DNA of 41,330 nt, from the NCBI GenBank assembly GCA_016839745.1, contig JAEOTS010000179.1, positions 1 to 41,330 on the forward strand. Direction: 5' to 3'. The translations under genes were made by a program, and so were the position numbers. Below are positions 26,065 through 34,281 of this stretch, piece after piece (the stretch's first letter is position 1; every line of letters starts with the position of its first letter). Origin of the DNA: Promethearchaeota archaeon. GTDB lineage: Archaea > Asgardarchaeota > Lokiarchaeia > Sigyniarchaeales > SOKP01. The notes under the pieces are model-generated. The model made no database searches. It saw nothing but the letters and a program-made list of their open reading frames with translations, and was not told the DNA's origin.

Positions 26065-26991
26065 TTATTCCTCTTGACTATCCTGTTTTCTCATCCTAAA
26101 TTTAACGACTTTAAGCGCAAAATTTACTACTTCTTCGACATTTTTCCATCTTTCTTCGTCAAGTTTCTCTTTCATCCAATAATATAGATCTTGTTCAATT
26201 GGAACTGTTATGTATATAGGTTGCGATAACTGTGCTTCTTGAGAATGGGCTTTATTCATAAGCCAAGATATTATGTTAGCTATCAATTTAAAGTTATCCG
26301 CAGCGTGAATACCATATAAAGCGTGAAAGCCAGAAAAGAGTGACAAGTTTCCAATAGCTACGATTTTTCCCATTCCATAATGACCAATGGCGATTATAGG
26401 TGCATTTTCTACGGGTTCGTCAATCCAATCCTCTCCGTCAAAAATTTTATGCCAAGCTGATTCTTCAGAGGAGACTCCTATAGCAACTACATCGATATCT
26501 TCGGTTTCTACTGATTTATCGATCTCTATGGTGCATCCATTAGAGTGAATAATTTGGGTGATATCTCGCGTAATAAAATGTGTTTTAAAATCCTTAATTA
26601 TTGGACGAGAAATGTCCTTTGAATAATTTTCATTGTCAAAAAGCTGATCAGGATTGAATTTAATACCAAAAATTCTAGTCAGGTCATTTAAATTATTTTT
26701 ATTTTTGATTTCTCCTCCCTTATCGTTTACAATTAAAAGAGATCCCCCATCTTTAACGTATCTGGTTAAATATTCAATTTCTTCAGAACTTAAATGAGAA
26801 TCAGCAATTGGAACCCCGATTATAAACACATTGTAATCTGATAATTTTTCGTAAGTAATTCCTGCTTCAATTTTTCCCAACTTTAAATCTGAATTAAATA
26901 GATATTCTATAAAATCATTAAAGCCCGGATCCTCAATAGTTAATTTATTCTGGTGAGAATAATCAAACCCAATATTAAATTCAGTCTTCAT
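26065..26991 (-). CDS. GATase-like/GIFT (DUF4350/IFT52-like) domain protein with a C-terminal ribbon-helix-helix
   Basis: FDYSH, EEIEYLTRYVKDGGSLL, LNDLTRIFGIKFN, HFITRDI, GMGKIVAIGN, DN..L..NIISWL; C-terminal YITVPIEQDLYYWMKEKLDEERWKNVEEVVNFAL. Confidence 0.7.
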   Translation of the reverse strand: MKTEFNIGFDYSHQNKLTIEDPGFNDFIEYLFNSDLKLGKIEAGITYEKLSDYNVFIIGVPIADSHLSSEEIEYLTRYVKDGGSLLIVNDKGGEIKNKNNLNDLTRIFGIKFNPDQLFDNENYSKDISRPIIKDFKTHFITRDITQIIHSNGCTIEIDKSVETEDIDVVAIGVSSEESAWHKIFDGEDWIDEPVENAPIIAIGHYGMGKIVAIGNLSLFSGFHALYGIHAADNFKLIANIISWLMNKAHSQEAQLSQPIYITVPIEQDLYYWMKEKLDEERWKNVEEVVNFALKVVKFRMRKQDSQEE

Positions 26992-27063
26992 AAGTCAAAA
27001 TCCTTGAGATGAATAACGATTAATATATGATATTATTTTATTAGATTAAAAATTATTTCAATT

Positions 27064-27423
27064 ATGCGAAAAAAAAATTATAAAGATGTTGAGAATAAAC
27101 CCGCAGTATTAAGCGATGGTACTCCGGTTAAAAACGTTTACGTAAGATGGTTAATTGATAATGAGCATGATGGAGCTAAAAATTTTGCTATGAGACGATT
27201 TGAAATTAAGCCTAAAACTGAAGTACCTCTTCATAATCACCCACAGGACCATGAAATTTATATATTAAACGGTGAGGGTAAGTTTTACAACGATTCTGGA
27301 ATGGAAGAAATCGTTGAAAATGGGGATGTAATTTATATTTCCCCAAATGAGAAGCATGGAATAAAAAATATTGGGATTTCTGATTTTATCTTTTTATGTT
27401 CAGTACCATATCTTAATGAATAG
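27064..27423 (+). CDS. Cupin domain protein
   Basis: FAMRRFEI.P...PLHNHPQDHEIYIL.G and GDVIYISPNEKHG. Confidence 0.92.
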   Translation: MRKKNYKDVENKPAVLSDGTPVKNVYVRWLIDNEHDGAKNFAMRRFEIKPKTEVPLHNHPQDHEIYILNGEGKFYNDSGMEEIVENGDVIYISPNEKHGIKNIGISDFIFLCSVPYLNE

Positions 27424-27446
27424 AATTCTAATAAGATTAAAATAAT

Positions 27447-29918
27447 TTAATTTTCTTCCTTGTTTTCTTCACTTTCTTCTTCATTATCTTCGATTTGTGT
27501 TGCACACTTACCAATTGCAACAACTGAATCATTAGCATAAAGTTTAATGACCCTAACTCCCTTAGCTTTTCTATGAGTAATTCTTATCGAGTCTACAGGC
27601 ACCCTTATGACTTGCCCTTGCTCTGTGCCTATCAAAATATCCATAAGTTTTGCAATTTTTATTGCAATAACTTTATCTTTTTTTATGGGATCTAAAGTTA
27701 TATTTTTTACACCCTTTGCCCCACGCCCCGTTTTTCTATATTCCTTGAGGTAGGTTCTTTGTCCATAACCCCCTTCGGTCAGGGTTAAAATTATATTATC
27801 GTCAGTAACGAGTAAACTATCAATTACTTCGTCTCCTTCCCTTAACTCGGCTCCTTTCACACCTAGTGATGTTCTCCCTAATTCTCGCAATTCTGATTCA
27901 TCGAACCGGACTGCATAACCCAGTTTAGTTGCGATAAAAATGTCTTGGAGTTCGTTTGAAAGTCTTTTGACGCTAATTAATTCGTCACCCGGTCGTATCC
28001 GCTGAGCTTTAACACCCGTACCTCTGAATTTAGCGAATAATCTTAAAGGACACTTCTTAATGATTCCATTTTTCGTAGTCATAATAAGCATTTCGTTTGT
28101 GTTAAAGTTATGAATAGGAATCATCTCGGATATTCTTTCTCCAGCTTGTAGTGGAATTAAATTAATTATAGGTTTTCCCCTCGCAGTGCGTTGCTGTGCT
28201 GGGATTTCAAAACATTTTATCGAATAAACTCGACCTTTAGATGTGAAATTTAGGATTGTGTCGTGAGTAGAACAAACAAAAAGATCGTCAATAATATCCT
28301 CTTCGCGAATTGTCATTCCTTTTTTTCCACGTCCGCCCCGTCCTTGGGCGCGATAGTCTCCCACTGAGATTCTTTTAATGTACTGATTTTTAGTAAAAAT
28401 TACCATTGTAGGTTCGTTTTTAACTAAATCTTGCCTTACTATTTCTTTTTGTTCTACAATTTCTATTTTTGTTTTTCTGCCATCCCCGTATTTCTTGCTT
28501 AATTCTGTTAATTCCTGTTTAATGATATCTAATCGAATCTTTTTGCTTTTCAAAATCTTTTCTAAATCTTTTATACTTTCATTCAGAGATTGTTCTTCAT
28601 CAACTAATTTCTGTTGTTCTAAATTAGTCAATCGTGAAAGCGGCATACTTAATATTGCTTGGACTTGAATATCACTTAAGCTATAAGCCTTTTTTAACTT
28701 CTCCCTAGCATCGTTCGTGTCTTTAGCGCTTTTAATAATTTTTACGACGTCATCTATGTTATTTAAAGCGATTAAAAGACCCTCAACTTTATGGAGTCTC
28801 GCTTTAGCTTTCTTAAGGTAAAATTGAGTCCGTTTATAAATAATCTTAAGACGGTGTTCTATAAATTCATCGATCAATTCTTTTAAAGTAAGAATCTTCG
28901 GTTGTTTACCTTCATTGATTAAAACCAAATTGTTTATGCTAATGGTCGTTTGAAGCCTTGTTCTTTTAAATAAGATATTTTTAATTATAGCAGGTTGGGC
29001 GTTTTTAGTTAAATCTATTACAACTCGCATTCCATTCCTATCTGACTCGTCTCTCAAATCTCGAATATCTTTAAGGACTCCATCTTTTATCAGTTTGGCA
29101 ATAGATTCTACAAGAACAGTTTTATTCACTAAATATGGAATCTCAGTGATAATTAAGCTGTTTTTATTCCCTTTGGGTTCAAGTTCAACAGTTCCTCTTA
29201 AAGTTAGACTTCCCGAACCCGTTGTATAAGCAGTATAAATACCATTTGTATCAGTAATAGTTCCTCCTGTTGGAAAATCTGGTCCTTTTATTATTCCCAT
29301 AAGTTCTTCTACGGATATCTCAGGATCATCTACCGTAGCCATAATTCCATTACAGATTTCAATTAAATTATGAGGAGGCATTGAAGTAGCCATACCTACA
29401 GCGATTCCTTTTGTACCGTTAATTAACATATTTGGCAATTTAGCAGGTAAAAATATTGGCTCTTGTAAACTCTCATCAAAATTTGGTTGAAAATCTACTG
29501 TTTCATTATCCAAATCTTCAATCAGTTCGTTAGCGATTTGCGCTAACCTCGCTTCGGTATATCGCATAGCAGCGGGAAGGTCTCCGTCAATCGATCCGAA
29601 ATTTCCTTGAGGATGTATTAAAGGATATCTCAAAGAGAAGTCTTGTGCCATACGAACTAAACTGTTATATACTGCGGCGTCTCCATGAGGATGATATTTA
29701 CCCATAGTTTCTCCTACAATCCTCGCAGATTTCACATGAGGCCGATTGTAGAAGTAGGTATTATCCGCCATTGCGTAAATTATTCTCCGATGGACTGGTT
29801 TGAGTCCGTCTCTCACGTCGGGAATTGCGCGACCAATAACAACGGACATAGCGTAATCTATGTAGCTACTTTTCATTTCGTCTTTTAATTCAATATCTTG
29901 AATATTTTCTGAAGTCAT
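27447..29918 (-). CDS. gyrA: DNA gyrase subunit A
   Basis: DYAMSV, RDGLKPVHRR, YHPHGD, catalytic AAMRYTE, GyrA-box QGRGGRG, C-terminal beta-pinwheel repeats and an acidic tail. The ATG at 29918 is preferred over the TTG at 29930. Confidence 0.97.
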   Translation of the reverse strand: MTSENIQDIELKDEMKSSYIDYAMSVVIGRAIPDVRDGLKPVHRRIIYAMADNTYFYNRPHVKSARIVGETMGKYHPHGDAAVYNSLVRMAQDFSLRYPLIHPQGNFGSIDGDLPAAMRYTEARLAQIANELIEDLDNETVDFQPNFDESLQEPIFLPAKLPNMLINGTKGIAVGMATSMPPHNLIEICNGIMATVDDPEISVEELMGIIKGPDFPTGGTITDTNGIYTAYTTGSGSLTLRGTVELEPKGNKNSLIITEIPYLVNKTVLVESIAKLIKDGVLKDIRDLRDESDRNGMRVVIDLTKNAQPAIIKNILFKRTRLQTTISINNLVLINEGKQPKILTLKELIDEFIEHRLKIIYKRTQFYLKKAKARLHKVEGLLIALNNIDDVVKIIKSAKDTNDAREKLKKAYSLSDIQVQAILSMPLSRLTNLEQQKLVDEEQSLNESIKDLEKILKSKKIRLDIIKQELTELSKKYGDGRKTKIEIVEQKEIVRQDLVKNEPTMVIFTKNQYIKRISVGDYRAQGRGGRGKKGMTIREEDIIDDLFVCSTHDTILNFTSKGRVYSIKCFEIPAQQRTARGKPIINLIPLQAGERISEMIPIHNFNTNEMLIMTTKNGIIKKCPLRLFAKFRGTGVKAQRIRPGDELISVKRLSNELQDIFIATKLGYAVRFDESELRELGRTSLGVKGAELREGDEVIDSLLVTDDNIILTLTEGGYGQRTYLKEYRKTGRGAKGVKNITLDPIKKDKVIAIKIAKLMDILIGTEQGQVIRVPVDSIRITHRKAKGVRVIKLYANDSVVAIGKCATQIEDNEEESEENKEEN

Positions 29919-29961
29919 TTTTACACCCAAATTTTGTTAATAAAAAATTCAAATTTAAAGA

Positions 29962-32001
29962 TCAAATATCTAACACTTTAACTTCATCAAAATTAGAAAA
30001 AATGTATTTTTTCCGGGATAATACTTCTTTGCCCATCAATTTAGTAAAAATTAAATCATTTTCAATATAATCCTCGTATGTAATCTTCTTTAAAACTCTG
30101 GTTTCTCGATTCATTGTTGTTTGGAAAAGCTCTTCGGGGTTCATCTCACCCAAACCCTTATACCTTTGGATCTTTATTGAGCTAGTATCTTTCAATTTGT
30201 GTTTTGATTTTATTTCTTCCATAAATGTATCTCTTTCATTATCTGAATATACATAGTTCTTCGAAGTTTTATATGAAACTTTATAGAGTGGTGGCACAGC
30301 TAAATAAAGAAATCCCCCATCTATTAAAGCTCGTAAGTGCCTGAAGAAAAATGTAAGCAAAAGCGTTTCGATATGTTTTCCATCGATATCTGCGTCACAC
30401 ATTATTATAGTCTTATGATATCTTAACTTACTTAAATCAAAATCCTTCTCAGATTCATCAGATTCCTCGCTTTCCCCATTTTCTCCATTTTCTTTTTCAG
30501 TACCATTTACTTCGTTATATTCTTGAATTCCAACACCAAGTGCTTTAATTATAGAGATGATTTCATTGTTTTGTAATATTTTATCCATTCGCGCTTTTTC
30601 TACATTTAATACTTTACCCCTTAGAGGCAATATCGCCTGATAAGCTCTATCTCTTCCTTGTTTTGCTGATCCTCCTGCAGAATTTCCTTCGACTATAAAA
30701 ATTTCACACTCTTTTGGATCGTTAGAAGAACAATCGGCTAATTTTCCGGGCATTCTGGCGCTGTCTAAGACAGATTTTCTGCGAATTAACAACCGAGCCT
30801 TTTGAGCCGCTTCTCTTGCTAATTTAGCGTTAATTGTTTTTAAAACTATTTTTTTCGCTCTTTCAGGGTGCTCTTCTAAATATTGAGTCAATCTATCAGT
30901 TACGATCTGGCTTATAATTTGTCTAACTTCCGGGTTTCCTAGTTTAATTTTGGTTTGACTTTCAAATTGCGGATCGGGCAATTTAACCGAAATAACAGCG
31001 GATAAACCCTCTCTAGTATCAGCACCACTTAGAACGTGTTCTTTATACTTCTTATCCATGAACTTTTCAATATATGAATTAAATGTTCTTGTAAGAGCAG
31101 ATTTAAATCCTGTAAGGTGAACGCCTCCCTCTACGGTATTAATCGTGTTAGCATAAGTAAGAATATTAGATTGATAGGTGGTATTATACTGCATTGCTAG
31201 ATCGCAGTAAATTACTGAACCATTTTCGTCTTCGGCTGAATCACTAATATATATAACATCATTATGGAGAGGTTGTTTATCTTTATTTAAATACGAAATA
31301 AATTCTTTAATTCCTCCCTCATAGAAAAATTCTTCTTTTTCGTCTTTTATTTTGTCATGAAGCTCAAACCGTGCTTGAGGTGTAAGAAAGGCTAGTTCTC
31401 GCATTCTGTTGGTAATTGACGAAGGATTATAGATTACTTCATTTTTATCAAATTCAAAAATCTCGTCATCTGGATAGAAAGAAATTTTGGTATAAGAGCT
31501 ATTATTTTTAATTTCAGCTATCTCTGGTTCTGTTTCTTTCTTACCTTTGGAAAATCTCTGTTTGTAGAGTTGTCCATCCCTACAAATTTCAACATCCATC
31601 CATTCTGTTAGCGCGTTAACAACAGAAAGCCCAACCCCATGTAATCCTCCGGAAATTTTATAACTTTTATTATCAAACTTACCTCCAGAATGTAAATGTT
31701 CCATAATTACTTCAAGGGCAGGTTTATTATATTCGGGATGGATATCAATAGGAATACCACGTCCATTATCGTAGATTAGTACAGAATTATCTTTAAAAAG
31801 AGTAACCTTGATTTCATTGGCATATCCGCCAATAGCTTCATCAACAGCATTATCAAGGACTTCATAAATAAGATGATGGAGCCCTTTTTTACCTTGATCC
31901 CCAATATACATTGCGGGGCGTTTACGTACTCCATCTAATCCTTTCAGAACCTTGATGTCATCTGCGTCATAAGAGTCTTGATTAGGATTATTATTAGGCA
32001 T
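29962..32001 (-). CDS. gyrB: DNA gyrase subunit B
   Basis: VRKRPAMYIG, EVLDNAVDE, DNGRGIP, GGLHGVG, TOPRIM EGNSAGG/PLRGK/DADIDG, RYKGLGEM. Confidence 0.97.
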   Translation of the reverse strand: MPNNNPNQDSYDADDIKVLKGLDGVRKRPAMYIGDQGKKGLHHLIYEVLDNAVDEAIGGYANEIKVTLFKDNSVLIYDNGRGIPIDIHPEYNKPALEVIMEHLHSGGKFDNKSYKISGGLHGVGLSVVNALTEWMDVEICRDGQLYKQRFSKGKKETEPEIAEIKNNSSYTKISFYPDDEIFEFDKNEVIYNPSSITNRMRELAFLTPQARFELHDKIKDEKEEFFYEGGIKEFISYLNKDKQPLHNDVIYISDSAEDENGSVIYCDLAMQYNTTYQSNILTYANTINTVEGGVHLTGFKSALTRTFNSYIEKFMDKKYKEHVLSGADTREGLSAVISVKLPDPQFESQTKIKLGNPEVRQIISQIVTDRLTQYLEEHPERAKKIVLKTINAKLAREAAQKARLLIRRKSVLDSARMPGKLADCSSNDPKECEIFIVEGNSAGGSAKQGRDRAYQAILPLRGKVLNVEKARMDKILQNNEIISIIKALGVGIQEYNEVNGTEKENGENGESEESDESEKDFDLSKLRYHKTIIMCDADIDGKHIETLLLTFFFRHLRALIDGGFLYLAVPPLYKVSYKTSKNYVYSDNERDTFMEEIKSKHKLKDTSSIKIQRYKGLGEMNPEELFQTTMNRETRVLKKITYEDYIENDLIFTKLMGKEVLSRKKYIFSNFDEVKVLDI

Positions 32002-32285
32002 AGAAATCTAATCTTCTTATATGTTTTGTAAAGGTAAATTTATCAAATATGGTTGAAACTGGCGTGATAATTTAACAATTTACATATAATGTAAGGTATT
32101 GCGCAATTATAAATGTTAGCACATTTTTTTCACGCTTAAAATTAATAACTAGTAAAATCTTAGAACAGAATTCTCGAATTCTTTTTAATTTTCTTTTCAA
32201 TAATCAATAGATGCCTGAACTTCTTAGCATTTTAATTATAAAGCTTTCTATTGCTCGTGTTTTTACTTTAGAAATTAGGAATGGA

Positions 32286-33149
32286 TTATTCGTTTTTTCT
32301 GATTTCTTTTGCAATTTTTATGATTTCCATCAATTGCTGATTTACATCGTGAGTACGGATTATATGTGCTCCTTTATATATTGCTATTGCTGTCGCTGAG
32401 AGAGATCCATTTAGCCTTTTTTCCGGTTCTTTGATATTTAATAAAGCTCCTATAAATGATTTTCTGGAAATTGCGACTAATATTGGCTTATTAAGAGATC
32501 GAAGTTCATTTAAATTTCCAATTATTTTCAAATCAAATTCAGGGGTTTTTTTTTCTACCCACCTTCCAATTCCGGGATCTAAAATTATTTTTTTTCCGTC
32601 GTAACCTTTACGTTCCAAGAGTTCAATTGTTTTTTCAAATTCCTGGATAATTTCAGCGGTTGTTAATAAATCTCCTGGAACCTCCTTTGAAGCCATCAAT
32701 ATTATTGGTAGTTTATTTTCTGTAACAAAATCACCTAAGGAAGGATCAGTTTTTAAGCAACTTACATCGTTAATGATGATTTTTTTCTTGAATTTAGCTG
32801 AGATTTCTAACGACCTTTCAGCAACTCTTCTATATTGAGTATCAATTGACAATATAATATTATCCGGGATAATTTTACATACAATGTTCATCGCTGTTTC
32901 CATTCGATTAATTTCTTCCTCAATAGTTATCTTCTCCGACCAAGGAGCAGTTGATCTAGCACCAAGATCCAATATTACGGCACCATTTTCAATCATACTC
33001 TTGGTCGCAAATTCTATTTTTTTTTTATTATCATACACAGAACCTTTATAGAAAGACTCGGGACTTAAATTTAATACTCCCATAATGATAGTAGGATAAT
33101 TATCGCCAATTTCTAAGAAATTGAAAAACTTTGCATATATTTCATTCAT
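32286..33149 (-). CDS. folP: Dihydropteroate synthase
   Basis: IMGVLNLSPESF, LDLGARST, SIDT, INDVS, ILDPGIG, SRKSFIG, IIRTHDV. The ATG at 33149 is preferred. Confidence 0.92.
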   Translation of the reverse strand: MNEIYAKFFNFLEIGDNYPTIIMGVLNLSPESFYKGSVYDNKKKIEFATKSMIENGAVILDLGARSTAPWSEKITIEEEINRMETAMNIVCKIIPDNIILSIDTQYRRVAERSLEISAKFKKKIIINDVSCLKTDPSLGDFVTENKLPIILMASKEVPGDLLTTAEIIQEFEKTIELLERKGYDGKKIILDPGIGRWVEKKTPEFDLKIIGNLNELRSLNKPILVAISRKSFIGALLNIKEPEKRLNGSLSATAIAIYKGAHIIRTHDVNQQLMEIIKIAKEIRKNE

Positions 33150-33204
33150 GATCAACGATATTTTAAAAAAAGTATATCAAATAAGTTTAATTCTTTCTAG
33201 TATA

Positions 33205-33999
33205 ATGGAGCTATTTGCACTGAAACTTCCTTTGATTAAAAAAGGAGACCCCCTCCTTGATATAACTATCTCAGAATTAGATAAGCAAGGAAAATCGCTA
33301 AAAGAAGGAGATATTGTCGTTATAGCTGAAAAAGTCGTTGCAACCTCTCAAGGAAGAGTAGTAAGTTTATCTGATGTAAAAGAAATTTCTCTAAAGGCAA
33401 AAGATTTATCAAAGCTTTACGATATGGATGAAAGATACGTAGAACTTATATTGAGGGAAGCAACAATGATTTTAGGGGGGATGACTCATGTAATATTGGC
33501 AAAAGTCAACGATTTCTTAATTGCTAATGCTGGAATAGATCAATCTAATGCTGGACCCAATAAGGTGGTATTACTCCCTAGTAACCTAAAGAAAGTAGTT
33601 TGGGAATATCGCGATATCCTTAAAAAAAAATATTGTCTAAGAGATCTTGGTCTGATAATTGCTGATTCAAGAGTTCAACCTTTAAGGAAGGGTACGATTG
33701 GAATTGCAATCGCAACAGCCGGATTTGAACCAATTGAAGATTTAATTGGACAACCTGATCTATTCAATAGGCCTATGGAAATCACAACGAGGGCTATAGC
33801 AGACGATTTAGCCAGTGCTGCGCAATTTTTATTAAGTGAGACAGATCAAAGAACTCCTGTAGTGATTATAAGAGGAAGTAACATTGAATTCACAGATAAC
33901 CCCCTCTCAACTCCAGAAATGGAAGCTGAGAAATGTCTTTACATGAATATATTTTCCAAATACTTACAAAGTTTGGAAAATAAAAAAAACCTACCTTAA
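33205..33999 (+). CDS. cofE: CofE-family gamma-glutamyl ligase (F420-0:L-glutamate ligase or FolC2-like)
   Basis: LPLIKKGD, GDIVVIAEKVVATSQGR, NAGIDQSN, IIADS..PLRKG, DLIGQPDLFNR, ADDLAS, PVVIIRG. The ATG at 33205 removes the overlap with folP. Confidence 0.85.
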   Translation: MELFALKLPLIKKGDPLLDITISELDKQGKSLKEGDIVVIAEKVVATSQGRVVSLSDVKEISLKAKDLSKLYDMDERYVELILREATMILGGMTHVILAKVNDFLIANAGIDQSNAGPNKVVLLPSNLKKVVWEYRDILKKKYCLRDLGLIIADSRVQPLRKGTIGIAIATAGFEPIEDLIGQPDLFNRPMEITTRAIADDLASAAQFLLSETDQRTPVVIIRGSNIEFTDNPLSTPEMEAEKCLYMNIFSKYLQSLENKKNLP

Positions 34000-34152
34000 A
34001 CTATGCTCATTATTCCTAATTCCTAAGAAAGTTTTTTGTTTATAATGAATAGGTTATCATAAATCTAAGCTAGGAGCCTTTGAGCAAGCGTTTTTTTTCT
34101 AGAAATCTAAAATACCTTTACAATTTTAAATAACCTATTTAAGAGTTTTGAA

Positions 34153-34169
34153 TAGATTGAGTCAATCTA
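34153..34169. promoter_or_regulatory. Perfect palindrome TAGATTGA-G-TCAATCTA, putative operator
   Basis: 8-bp inverted repeat immediately upstream of an AAACAAAC-TTTTTATA BRE/TATA-like element. Further TCAATC half-sites at 34199 and 34225. Confidence 0.6.
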
Positions 34170-34281
34170 AACAAACTTTTTATAGGAGTATTGTTTGATC
34201 AATCGTAATAATAAAGTGTGACTTTCAATCTAATTTAATTAACAATCATCCAATTAAATCCGTAAGAGTTGATTATATTTA

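Noticed and set aside
27447-32001. Topoisomerase IV (parC/parE) identity or inteins
   Set aside because: The GyrA-box is present, and the lengths leave no room for inteins.
32080-32094. Palindrome TTACAT-ATA-ATGTAA upstream of gyrB
   Set aside because: 6-bp AT-rich arms are expected by chance at this base composition.
29685-32399. Plus-strand ORFs 29685-29888 and 32211-32399
   Set aside because: They overlap gyrA and folP on the opposite strand; no motifs.
33121-33204. Overlapping 5' ends of folP and cofE in the ORF track
   Set aside because: Artefact of upstream TTG starts; the ATGs at 33149 and 33205 fit the family N-termini.
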